NCBI RefSeq assembly: GCF_009914755.1 | Contig: NC_060925.1 | DNA from: the human T2T-CHM13v2.0 reference genome, Homo sapiens | Length of the DNA: 64,000 nucleotides | Strand: one strand, 5' to 3' | Shown: positions 42,972 through 56,182 of the stretch, piece by piece | Layout: every line of letters begins with the position of its first letter | How positions within the stretch are numbered: position 1 is the first letter of the stretch | Position numbers and translations under genes: made by a program | The notes under the pieces: model-generated | The model's input: the letters and a program-made list of their open reading frames with translations, nothing else | Database searches by the model: none | Told to the model about the DNA's origin: nothing

Positions 42972-43771
42972 GCCTGCGGCTCGCCTCTCCTACTGCGACC
43001 CGAGCCTCTCGCCCGTGCCCCTCTCCCCCGGGTTTCCCCACCCCCCGCCGCCCCCCGCCCCACCCGCTGCGATGCACAGGCGGGAGGGAAGGCTCCGGGT
43101 GGGCGAGGAACTTTGTAAAGCGCCCCGAGGAGGCAGCGCGCGGAGCCCTACGCGCACACACAGCGGCACACGCTCACACCCACACACAAGTCTTCCCGGG
43201 GGTGCGCCCCGGGCCGGTGATGCGTCCTCTTGTTGTGTCCGGAGCCCAGGCGTGGGGTCTGAGCCTCCATCCGCCGACTGACAGGGGCCCCGCGCTCTCC
43301 CTCTCTCACGCACACCTGGCCACACACATCGCTCAGGCGGCTTGTCGTTATTTTTTCTTTCTTTCGCCAATTATATTTGTTTGGGGAAAAGCAAACAAAA
43401 AAAACAAAAAAACACTTGCCCTATTGCCGGCCTTGGGGATCTGGTGGCCACATCGAGAGCTTTTGAAGTCCCTTCTTTTAATCGCCTTTATTGGTGCTAG
43501 ATTAAAACATTACTATCCCATGTTGTGCAGCTGGGGAGAAAGGGAAATTGAAAGAGGAAGACTTGGTGTAGGGATGCTGTTTGGAATATTCTCTCATATT
43601 CTTTACTGGCATCATATTAATCGGTTGATGGATTCGGCTAGGGACACTGAATTGCACTCCTGTATGGATCTGTGGATATCTATATATAATACAAATAATA
43701 CTGAATATTATTGGGCCTAAAATAACCAATTAAGTGATTCATACAAGGAAAAACTTAGATATAAAAAGAAA

Positions 43772-43789
43772 CTGCGCCCTCTGCTGTTA
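43772..43789 (-). promoter_or_regulatory. CTCF motif candidate
   Basis: Reverse complement TAACAGCAGAGGGCGCAG resembles the CCAGCAGAGGGCGC core. Confidence 0.5.
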
Positions 43790-46700
43790 ATTTTAGTACC
43801 CTCACCCGGGGACTTTTTTTTTTTTTTCCTTCAGAAATCCACTTAAGAGTAGGCTGTCATCTTACAGGGCAAGGGAAGAAAATTCCTAGCGGGGATTTTA
43901 AAGCAACTTTACTTGGAAAAGTCGCAGGTTGAGCTCCTATAGTTGCATCAGGTACAGATTTCCAGTGAGTAGACGGTCCTCCTCTCTCACCCATTCTTCT
44001 CTTTATACAGGGAATAATGGAGCCACTCCTCATAACAAATTGTCAATCTTTGGAATGGAAAATTCTGAGTAAGATTCAGAACTCCACTAAACATATGGTG
44101 AATCTGGCAGTAGAATTGCTCTAGAAATAAGGCCCTGTTTTATGACTGAAAATACTAAAAGTTGTTTTATCTTACAGAAATGAAAAAAAAAAAAACCCAG
44201 GAAGATCTTCCATTAAAATCACTTATTCAGATATGCTTAGTAGTTAAGCTTGTTGGAAAGTTTTCCAAAAAATAATTTTTTTTTTTTTCAGGGGAGGCTT
44301 TTCTGTTTTGTTTGTCCCTTGAGGAGGATCTCTAGTGAGGGAATTAGCAATTCCACATTTCATTAAGTATTTTGAACTGTGTCACTTTGAATGCCTTACC
44401 CGCCTCCCTTTCTCTTTGGCAAAGGAAAAGCAGCTCAGTAACTGTCCAAGATTCTTTTTGAAGATAAGCAACTTTCGATTTTTCATTAAGATAAAATTTG
44501 GATCTCTGCATGTGGATCAACATGCAAGGAAAAATGTGCATCAAGTATTTCACATGTAATGTTGTTCCAGGGATATATTTTCTTTTCTGGATGCCGTGAA
44601 ATGAGATATATTTCACCCACTGAAGACCACCATGAAGGCATTCAGGATTCTATATACTGCACTACTAATTTGGTGGTATTTCCTTACTGTGGAATTTAAG
44701 ACGGATAATCTTAAAACTTTTGCATGGAAACAGTTTATTTGAACATAAAGCTGGTTTCCTGTTAATATTTTTGTTTTGTCAGTTTTCAATGGGTATATGT
44801 GTTAAAATGATTCAGGTTAGCCTTTTTAGGAGGAGGCAAATGTATTTTGCAGTTTCCTTTTGTATATTTGCAAGTGGTGCAAATACCTATTTTTGCTTCC
44901 ATTATTATTCTGAAAAATATTCAGGTAATTTGTTTAAAAAGTTAAACCATTACACATTTATTTGATAGGATTTCTAAGTGTCATAAAAATTTGGAGAGTT
45001 TTAGTTACAAAGGCATCAAGTCACTTGGAAAAAAGAAAATTGGATTCAACTTTGAAAACCAATTATATGTTAACATTGAAATATATGTGTGTGAATTATA
45101 TTGTATAGGAGATTATATTAGTAAAGTCTTAGGTTAGTATGAGATTTAGCATACTTTAAAAAATAATTTTATTTGCAGAATCCAAAGTTCTGTTTCAAAA
45201 CTTCAGGTAGGTGTAGATTTTCTCATATATGCGTTTGAGACCTTAGATCTCTGAACTTCCCTGCATGAGAATTAAATATTTGTTTTTCATGTGGTAATTA
45301 AACTCCAGATTTCTTCTAGGCTTAACTGATTCTGAAATAGTTTTGGGTATTATCCCATCCTCAATCATCCTGCAAAACATGTGCTATCTAATTTCTTGAA
45401 TCAGTCTTCTCTCAATGAAAATAGAGATCTTTCAATTACCACGGTGTGTTATTTGGGTTTATTAAGAATCTCATGATAGACAGTTGCTCATAATACCCAA
45501 TCAAGTGTGAGTAAGCTATGCCAATGATGTTGCAGTACATATTAAATTCCTTATATTTTGAGAGACAGTTAACAAAAGGATAGAAGCATATGTTTTCCAT
45601 TAAGTTGACTAGAAAATGCTTTCTTCAGAACAAATAGCTGCAAAGAGCATTGAATACATGTTAAAATATCTTATGTAATAAATTTCATTATGACTGTTGG
45701 AAGCTGCTAATTTTGATAGGTTATAATTTTGTATATCTTTATCTTTTTATATTTTCACTCAATGATCTATATAGTCAATTTTCCTTTTGTTCCTTCCCAT
45801 TCAGAAACATGCATATTTATAAAATTCTTAATGTGAATGAGGAATGAGTCAATAGTTGTGTATTTCAGGTACCCCTGAAAAGCTGAATATTTATGAAAAA
45901 AATAGCTTACTACCACCATTCCCACCTGCTAGTGAGATTATATAATAAAATGAATGCTGAAAACCAGCTAGATTAGGAGATTTACTGATAATGTCTTCCT
46001 CTCAGTTGATGAAACTGGCAATTGCTTTTGGAATATAATTGCCTGTAATATTAACCATTATTACTTCCATGTAATATTTTGGGAGGCTTTTTTTTTCTGG
46101 TGAAAGAAAGGGCCTGTGAAAATGGCTTCTGCAAAATTAATCCAAGGTGGAAGGGAATTAGCTGCAGAATCCTGGACAAATACATGTTTTGTGTGTGCAA
46201 AGGCATTTTATAGCCCATTTTAGTCCTGATCAATAATCTCTATCAACTTGAGGGCCATGACTTAATTTTACCTTTTATTATTGGTTCTGCAAATTTATAC
46301 ACCGGAGGTCTATGGGGTACTCACAACCTATTAATGGGTATTTTTATCAAAGGAGACTTCTCAGTACTTTAGTTCCCAAGTAGAGGTGGTAGCATTTTTG
46401 ATTACAGTGAGTTCCCAAGGTCTGCAAAGTGAAGAGGTAGAACTGGAGCTGCCCAGAGCTCTTATGAATCTGTTCTTATTTAGGTGATACGGACACCTGA
46501 GACAAATTTAAAGGCCACGTCACTTCACAATTAGTTCAGTTATGGGCCAGAAGGGATAGGTTTAGTATATTAAGTCCCCAAATATGTTATTCACTGTCCT
46601 TCTCATAATTGGTTTCCCTAGCTATTTGCTGTGATGACCTAGCTTTTAAGAAGCTATTGATAATTTTAACCTGTTTGAAAGCACAGCAGATAGACACAGT

Positions 46701-49575
46701 GCCATTAAATAGTGGAGGTTAAGTTGTAAATAATATTCTATTTTTACATCATTGTATTTTCTTTGAAAACTCTGTAATTATACTTTAATAACAAATTCCT
46801 GATTTTCAGAGGCTGCTTTTCCATTGTGTGTCATGGAAGTTCATAGATTTAATTTCTTACTAATTTGAAGTTAAGAGGATTTCCTTTGAAGTATATGTGA
46901 CACTGAAAAGTAAGAAGACCCTGAAATGCAGGATACATAACAATAGTACAAATATAAAAATTAGAATGAAATCAAATAATTATGTTAAATAACAGCTTAG
47001 TGTCCCTCTGCTCCTGATCTGTAATACGCCGTGGTCAATATCTTTTTCTGTGTCAATGGGAGCTCATTAAATGTAAACTCTGCAGACTAACTGAGCCATG
47101 CCATATTAGTGCTTGCCAAAGCTTGACATTTTTAATACATTAATAATATGTCTGTAATGTAATGGAAAACTATTAATCACAACTGGTTATGTGCCAGAAA
47201 TTTAAGCTATAATTGGCTGCCTCTTGTCAAGAATGTCTGTTGCACAGTCCTGCAACTGCCTAATATTCAAATATCTTGCACTCTTCTGCATTTTTCCTTG
47301 TCAGTTCTCTAAATTCGATCAATGGTGTAGTCCATAATTCTGTGTAATGACCATCATTATAATCCTGGTATACTTTAATGAGAATTCGTTATATTGGGAT
47401 TGCTGTTGTGTCAGGAGATAGCAAAGGGTTCACATATATTTCCTTAGTGTTCAAATTTTTCCTGTACAAATGTATGGTCACCCTTTATTTTGTGGTTGCA
47501 GTAATGCAAAATGTGGTTGAGGACAGAGTAACCGAGAATAAATGGATGAGGAGAATATCATTTGTTGGTTAAAAAAGAAAGTGAAGACTAATCTCAGGAA
47601 GCACTCAAATATATTTAAAGTGGTATTTTCAAACTAATATTAAAAATAAACACACAATGCTCACTCCATTCAAACTCAAAACAGTCAATTCCGGGTCTTC
47701 AAGATTATATCATTCTTGATAAATAAATTACTGTGTATTTGAAACTAAGAATTAAAGTTAATAATTTCTGACCTAATAGATTTTACACTGCTTCAGTTAT
47801 AATGCCTCCATCCCCCGGCCCTTTGGAAAGTATTTGTTTCCTCTTATAAAAACTAGTAAACACAGTTGAAAAATTCATCTCAAAAATGTAAATTTGTATC
47901 ATTTTAACACCTCAGATTATTAATTGTCAAATTGTTGGATGTGTCTGAAAATATCAACTTAAAATTACTAATGAATCTGAAAAAAAGCAGAAGGCTATAG
48001 TAGCCACAACACATGCTTCTCTGATTTTTTTCTTTTTAGCTTAAGATTTCAAAATGTGCTTTACCCAGTATAGTTTTTAGGTTACAAGGAAGAGGCTGAT
48101 TCAAATCTGTAGTTTATACATATTTAGACAAACTACTAATTATTGCTTCATAGGAACTCAAATATTCAACACTTTTTCTATTAGAAAATATCACAAATTG
48201 CAGCTGTATGATAACATTTTATGAATTGAATATAATGAAAATTGCACTTGCATCCATAAAGCAATTATTATAAATTACTTTGCTATGGAAACACAATTCA
48301 ACCATCTGTTGGCATTTCATAGTCTCTGTGGCTTAGTTCATTTTAAGATGGTACATTATTTAAATATAATGAATTCCCTTTATAAGATTGTTTGAAGATA
48401 GTGAACTTCCATATTTCAACTGTTTAATGTGAATTGAAGGGTCTATAATAGAATTTTCTAAAATTGTAGGCTTTTTTGTCCTTTTTGCATTGCTTAAAAA
48501 TCAGTTAACTTTTAGACTATAAATATAAGCAATCTAATTAAGAAATTATACTTTTTAATACCTGGTTTCCAAATGTTAGCATTTGTTCAGATTTGGATAG
48601 TGATCTCTAAACAGAAAAGTGGCCAGTTAAACTCACCAATGACTTGTAGCCATAGTTATGTAGGATGCATTATCAGTTAATCAAAAGTACTTTTACACAG
48701 TAATTTTTATTTTCTCTTAGAATTAGTGCCATATTATTCTGCTTCATGGCCTGTTAACTCACCCTCGGCTATTTTTATGTGTGCATTTTAAATTGTGCGT
48801 TTTACTACAGAGCTTTTAGTTTTAAAGCAGCTTATAATATTCGCCTTTGGGACAAATTCTCTTCTGTTACAAAAAGTAACGGCAAATGCAGATGTAATGG
48901 CTATAAAAAGATGTAAAAATATAGAAAATTCTTATGAAAGGAAATTTTGCTCCTTTGGTTTTATTTTTGATTTTTTTTTTTCAGAGAGCCAACTTATCTT
49001 TATTACTAAATGCAACTAAACAAAAGATGCTAAATTCTTCCAATGTAATGAGCAAATCCACAGGGACAGGCTTATGCCAACAATGCGGATTTTCACTCCA
49101 GCAAAGAAAAGCTAAGAAAAGTACAAGGAATTTGGAGATTTTTAGGGTCTCTTTGCCAAGAGACAAAAGGGATATAAGTAGTTGTCATTTCTTTGTCATC
49201 ATTATAAAAGTGCTCATTTACCCCATTGTTCTCTTGGAAGATTTTCTAGCACTGCAATGTATGAGAAATGTTCAAATCTAGCTGCTTGCTCTCAGTTTTG
49301 TCAAGATGGAAATATAATTTTTGAAGTGAAAACCTGTAACTCACGCACACGTGTCTGTCTTTGTTATGGAAGAGTTAAATCCTTCATATTAAAATTCTCC
49401 CCAATGTGAATGATTTCCATGGTTTGCTCATTCTAGCAAAGCAGCTGAGTAAAGGTTATCTGTATTACACCAATTTGCTTTATATTGCATCAGACCTCCA
49501 AAATGTCAACATATTGTACATTTCGTAATATATTGATTCTGGGACAATAACACTTACTCTTATTGTTTCTAAAAG

Positions 49576-50346
49576 GGTGTTGGTGCCAGAAGAAAAGAAT
49601 GATTGATGGGAAACAGACACCGGGCTATAGACACTCATCCTTTTGCTTCAGATACTGATATCTCAGCCTGCTTGAGCATCCCTTGTGAGCTGTGAACATT
49701 GAGGATCACTCAGGGTTATCGGATGTACAACGGGAGAGCCATCGCTTTGCTAAATTATTATCTGCAATTGGACATCTTTTACAAAAACCAAACTAGACCT
49801 GAGTCTAATAGATATGTTCTAAGACAAAGAAAAAGCTGCAAGTTGTTAACGCCTAACACACAAGTATGTTAGGCTTCCACCAAAGTCCTCAATATACCTG
49901 AATACGCACAATATCTTAACTCTTCATATTTGGTTTTGGGATCTGCTTTGAGGTCCCATCTTCATTTAAAAAAAAATACAGAGACCTACCTACCCGTACG
50001 CATACATACATATGTGTATATATATGTAAACTAGACAAAGATCGCAGATCATAAAGCAAGCTCTGCTTTAGTTTCCAAGAAGATTACAAAGAATTTAGAG
50101 ATGTATTTGTCAAGATTCCTGTCGATTCATGCCCTTTGGGTTACGGTGTCCTCAGTGATGCAGCCCTACCCTTTGGTTTGGGGACATTATGATTTGTGTA
50201 AGACTCAGATTTACACGGAAGAAGGGAAAGTTTGGGATTACATGGCCTGCCAGCCGGAATCCACGGACATGACAAAATATCTGAAAGTGAAACTCGATCC
50301 TCCGGATATTACCTGTGGAGACCCTCCTGAGACGTTCTGTGCAATG
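49576..50346 (+). other. NTNG1: NTNG1 exon 2 (525-nt 5'UTR portion plus 246-nt CDS)
   Basis: Acceptor cttactcttattgtttctaaaAG|GGTG (AG at 49574-49575) and donor GTGAGG at 50347. The size agrees with my recollection of the NTNG1 exon structure. Confidence 0.85.
50101..50346 (+). CDS. NTNG1: Netrin-G1, first coding exon (partial CDS, codons 1-82: signal peptide and start of the laminin N-terminal domain); CDS continues outside the window
   Basis: The translation MYLSRFLSIHALWVTVSSVMQPYPLVWGHYDLCKTQIYTEEGKVWDYMACQPESTDMTKYLKVKLDPPDITCGDPPETFCAM is recognisable as the netrin-G1 N-terminus and carries a laminin-N-type TCGDPPETFC motif. A phase-0 donor ATG|GTGAGG lies at 50346/50347, so the ORF track's final 'VR*' is intron read-through. 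Confidence 0.97.
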
Positions 50347-53300
50347 GTGAGGTAACCCTTTTGCATAAAATATTTCATATAAATAGGGTCTAATCGCATA
50401 TGCATACAGATGTGGTGAGTGTGAAGACAATTCATGCAATAAGTTGAATCTGCAGGTGGCAGATTTGTGTTAACAGGCTAGTTTCTTTCTCAGTGGAGGC
50501 TTACACTGCCTGGAGTTACAATTTGTGCAGGGTGATTGATGCCCTGGAAGGAACTTACTTTCCGCTTCCCTGAAAACCTATAGTTTCACTGAGGCAGGTA
50601 CACTATAGCATATATTATAAAAGAAAAAGTTCGATTGAAAGTTAAATTTTAGATTGGAGGTTGGAAATATGATTAGGTCATATCTGTCATGTTAAGGATA
50701 AAATGCATTGGCAAACCAACTTTAAAAACACAAATGTTTCTTCACATATGTGTATAAAGCCAGTCCTAAATTCTGTAGTTCAAGGAGAGACTAGATCTCA
50801 TAATTATGTTCATCAGGAAGCTGCTATGATTTGGGAGTCCTTGGTTAGGAGATCAGCAAGAAAAAAAGTAGAGGAGAGAGGAACTAAAGCCTTGTGAGAA
50901 GTTTTTCCAGAAAAATCTTATTTGCCAACTCCCCTTATTGTCAAGGTCATAGTTTTCTATGTATATTTTAAAGATGACTTTTGGAATATAGAAAACTTAT
51001 TTGCTGAAAAGCAAGGACTCAGCATATACAAATTCAGATACTTTTTTTTGATGAGCAAAGTTACAGAATTCATTGTTCTGAAGGCTTATATAAGTCCTTT
51101 TTTTTCTGCATAGAAAGTTAAATACCATGTGAAAAGGTAATATTGGAGTAACACATTGAATTTTTAAGAAAGACATGGCTGACAATATTTCTATAAGTAT
51201 TAGTAAAGAGGCTGGTGATTAAAATAGTATACATTAATGTGCTAAAGAGTTCAGATGGTGAGTTCATTTGGTTTTTTTTTTAATTATAGGTGGTTTTTAT
51301 TTGATAGAAGAACTGCGATCCTGTTTTTCTCCACATAACAGATATAATTGTATGGCAGATTTTAATAATAATCTTACCTGACTATATTATCTTGAACCTG
51401 GCCTGGCATTTTCAGGATAGTGAAACTATTAATCAAAGTAGCATCTGTTCACAGTCCCCAGTGAGTTAAATTAGCATAAGATCATCTTAGACCTAGCACC
51501 ATAAAAAAGGTTTTGTAACAGGAAACAATTTTGAGCAATAAAGAGTGTTTTCACCTTAAAGCTAAGGGCTTGCCATTTTTCAGAAGTGCCTTTGGGGACT
51601 GGTTTGAATTATAGTCTAAACCTGATTTTGTGGAGAGTGAGAAAAAGCACTTGGCTATTAGGTGTCACTGTTACTAAAGTGCCCTGAAAGACTAAATATT
51701 TCAAAGAGAGGACCCGTCTCTATGGGAACAGGTATGTGCTTTGCAAAGAAGTTGCATTTTGGAAAGCAGAGAGTTCCAGAGAAGGAGTTTATTCAAACAC
51801 ATTAGCAAAATCATAATAAATCAGTGCAGGAGCAGAGACATTTGTGGTGGCTTTATGTGAGGTCTTTAATAATTTCTCATGAAAGGTCAACTATAAGAGC
51901 TCATTACAAATCTGGGTTGAAATTGCTGTTTGGGTGATAGGTTGTATAGTCTTCTACGCCTTATAGCAGAGGATGAGTTCCAGGCCAAGTCTGCATATTG
52001 TTAAGAACTCTCTAGCTCTGTATATTGGTTTACATGACACTTGTAACAACACGTCCCTTCTGGAATTGTTTAATAATTTACAGATCTAAGTAAAATAGCA
52101 AATTTCCTTTCTCAGGGTGCTGTTTTCCCTCTCATAAGCCCTGTGTGATGTTTTCAAGGTGTGATTTGTGGGTGCAGCTTCCCTGATCTCAGTCTCTGGC
52201 CAGAGAATGCTTGCTTAGCACTGCTCCTGTCTGTCATGTTGAAGGGTTTACTTGGTGTCTTCAGCATGCCTCTTCCTCCCATCATGAGTGCAAAGGGCAT
52301 GTTACGGATCTTCCCATGCCTGCCTTTCAAAGGGACATGGTCTAAGGTATTTAAACAAGTCCATTCCTCTCAGTCCATTGGCTAAGTGATGTTAGAGACC
52401 AAATGGGAAAAAAGAATTAAAATGATATCCCTCAGCTTTCTCAAGTGCAGTAATGTGTATACTATGTATGTTCACATGAAACTCCGTAGGACAGTCTTTA
52501 AAAGGCTGCATCTTAGTGTGATGCGGATATTTGGAAGCCCTGGTGGATGTAAACTTGTCATTGGACAGAATGGTTTTCCAAGGGAGAATGTAAGATTTGT
52601 GAAATATTACCTATCAATGCTTAATTTGTATTCCTTAATATGCATATGATAGGCATAACAAATTTAATAATCTATCCTTTAAATATATACCTTGTGACTA
52701 TTTGTATGCATATTATATACCACGTCAATGGTAATGGCCTAATACAGCAACACATTCACTCTGCAGTTTTGGATGTTCCATAAAACTCTTTAGCATAAGG
52801 ATTCCTGACAGAAGGTTGGGAAACTGTCTCAGGATGCTGTCATATCAAACCTGTTTAGGTACTCCTTAGCCCAGGGTGTAATGGGGATTCATAAAGTCAT
52901 TTGTGTTATGACTTATGCGTTCTCCCCTCCTTGACGCTTGCATCCATACCTGCTCCCTCAGAGTCATTATGGCCTATTACATCAGGGGAGCTGCCACATG
53001 AGTACAGCCACTGCTTAGCCCCTATATGTAAATGTTTGCTGCAAAATTGTTTCAGTAATCACTTGTTCAGCTAGTGACACTCCTATTAGCTGTGGCTATA
53101 GCTGTTCTGAGCATCGAGGGAACATGTGCTGAGAGAAATACCTATAATTCCCAGGGCCAATTTCTTTAATATAAAGTTGAAGTTCATTGGCATTGCATTA
53201 AGAGTCCGTGTTGCTGCTTTTTTCATTGACTTCATCATTATAGGCCAGTGACTATCCATGAATGTTGCATTTATTTTAATATAGAGTAAAATTTCAGGAA

Positions 53301-53486
53301 AAGAAGGAGCATATGGATTCCATTTAACAATAGATCTCTGCTTATTAACCTGGATGGCATACTTAATAAATCTTCAATGTGAAGTACTTTAAAATTGTTC
53401 TATATTAATTGTACCAGTATTTATAAACATTAGTTTTTCAGGAGCACACTGCCATTTCTATTAATCATAGTGGATAAGGAAGAGGA

Positions 53487-53611
53487 ATATATATATATGC
53501 ACACACATATATATATACACACACATACATATATATATACATACATATATACATACATATATACACATATATACATACATATATACATGTATATACACAT
53601 ACATATATATA
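53487..53611. repeat. (TA/CA/TACA)n alternating purine-pyrimidine microsatellite
   Basis: About 125 bp of alternating R/Y is directly visible. Confidence 0.95.
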
Positions 53612-54764
53612 AATTGCGTATATTGAAAACCATATATTTTCTTTTTAATTTGATATATTCCTTTTGAGTTGATGATGGCTAAAGAAAATCTCTGTTTCTG
53701 TCAATGGGGAAGAATCTGAAGGGAAGGTGGGGGTTAACCCTTTTTTTAGGCTGGGAAAACACATTTGAATAGATCCTATCTTTTCAGCCACATTGAAAGC
53801 TTCAGGTGGCAGAGCTTTGTCAGGAAACACAGATCATCTAGTGACTACAATTTGTTTCAATTTGCATAAAGAGCAGAGAGGATGATCTGAACCTGTGTGT
53901 AAAGCTGAAGTGACAACACAAAGCTATGACTTTTTCTTTGTGTTTAGACAAACTTAGCTGTCATATCTTCCCGCACACCCCAGTGGCTTAAAAATGGCAA
54001 AATTATCTGCAGTTATCTCTAGCCTGCAGCTAATTTTCTGGATAAGTTAAACAGACGCTTTGAAAAGGAGCCTACAGACGGAAGAACTCATGTGTGTTTA
54101 TACAATTTATGGCTCAGAAGTGCTGATCACTGTAGAAATGGAAGCCCTTGAGTGCTGCTATGGATTTCAGAGCCAATCAAAACTAAATTAGGAAACAAAG
54201 ATTATTAAAAAGTCTTCTGTGCATGTAATTTTGGCATAATATTATGAGGTGGACATTAAATGTTTCCCTTGGAGACGTTCAGCATCATTAATGCAGCATG
54301 CCTTTAATTACAAGTAGACTCATATTACTAAAAAATTGGAGAAAATAAAGTACTCTGAGGTACAGTTAGCAATAACCTCATTATGTTTACTGAAATAATT
54401 AAAAGAAAAGGTATAATTTTTCTAAATAAAATGTCAGAATGTGAAATGAAAATGGATTTTACTTAGGAAATTTACTAATGTGTGCCTGTGCTCTCGATAG
54501 GCATTTATTCAAGTACCTTAACAGATCTATTAATGATCACTCCATATTGTGCTATTTCTAGATAGACTTCTATTATGAAAGAAACTTTAATTATTGTAAG
54601 CATTGTGGATAGAGCATATTTCATTATGTTCAAATGGAATTTACGGAAGTGGTACAAAGCCTTTGTGTTTTGTGGTTTCAAAGGAACGCTGAGAGATGAG
54701 TGACTGGTAACTCATAATCTCAGGGCTATCTATAATTTCAAGTTCTGATTTACCTTTGGCTCAG

Positions 54765-54782
54765 GTTGCCATCTGGTGGCTG
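54765..54782 (-). promoter_or_regulatory. CTCF motif candidate (also contains E-box CAGATG)
   Basis: Reverse complement CAGCCACCAGATGGCAAC is close to the CCACCAGRKGGCR core. Confidence 0.55.
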
Positions 54783-55792
54783 TCAGGTGACCCTTGAGAA
54801 AAGAACTTGATAAATTCAGTTACATTTTCCATGACATGGAATTACTATCAATTTTCCAAAAACTGGAAATGACATTGATTTATATAATAATCAAATAATC
54901 TTAAAAATACACTCTGTTCACATGAAACATAATTCAGTAAATGAATGAAGTTTTAGTAACAGTGACACCTTTCATTTGAACTGATTTATCCCTTAATTAT
55001 GCCAAAATGGAATTTTTAAAAACCTTCAGTTCTTTCATTATTAACACTTCATTGTTATTAGTTCATTATTTAGACTTATTTCTTAGAAAAGTTTAACTCA
55101 TGTTTGGAATGAATTAAGTTCCAAGGAAGTCTTTCTCATATACCACTATATCAAGTATTTCCTTTTTGAGGAGCCTACAATAGCTCCTTACTATCTATTG
55201 CATCATGTCTAAATTACTCTACCTGTTTTTTGAATTTGGGTGCATACAGCCTATCGTCCACTACTTCTCATCAGGACTCTATAGCATCTCCAGGGGACTA
55301 TGGCTGGCAATCTGATTGGAAGGGGACAACTGGATTTGAGTTGAAACTGCCTTGGCATAGCATGCATGGCTTGTTGGAGAGGTCTTAGGAAGGAGCTGAT
55401 GAAGATTATGGCAAATGTAACAAAACCTAAAACCACCTCATGTCATTTATTGTCCCAGATAGTGTGCGTAAGTGCTCTTTGTTGAGCTAATGCCTCACAA
55501 ACATTACTGCAAACCATTGTTTGCAGAGTGAAGTGAACAGAGCATTCAGCACATGCAAAACCTAGTGGTGGTGGAGATAACTAATGTCGAATAATATATG
55601 GTCATTGCGGCCAACAGAAGTAGAGTCCTGAGCAAACTTAATACAAAGTAGTGTGTATACAGAGGGTAGAAGAATAGAGAAATAAGACCAGCACTCAGAA
55701 TTTAAAGGTGAAATATTATTTTGCAACATGTCAAAGGCCACTTGGAAAATACTATCTGGTAGCCAAATGCCAGAAAAGGAGAGAAAATATTA

Positions 55793-56182
<390 letters not shown>

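Larger units (their letters stand above)
41480..43350. promoter_or_regulatory. NTNG1: CpG island / NTNG1 promoter region
   Basis: Abrupt rise in GC and CpG density against an AT-rich background, GC boxes (e.g. GGGGCGGAG at ~42632, GGGGGCGGGG at ~41935), located ~7 kb upstream of the first coding exon. Confidence 0.93.

Noticed and set aside
42665-43720. 351-aa + strand ORF and the overlapping 100-200 aa ORFs in the CpG island
   Set aside because: Non-ATG start; Arg/Pro/Ala/Gly-rich low-complexity translation expected from stop-poor GC-rich DNA; crosses splice donors; no recognisable domain.
50152-50439. Minus-strand ORFs overlapping the NTNG1 exon
   Set aside because: Antisense shadows of the real coding exon with no independent support.
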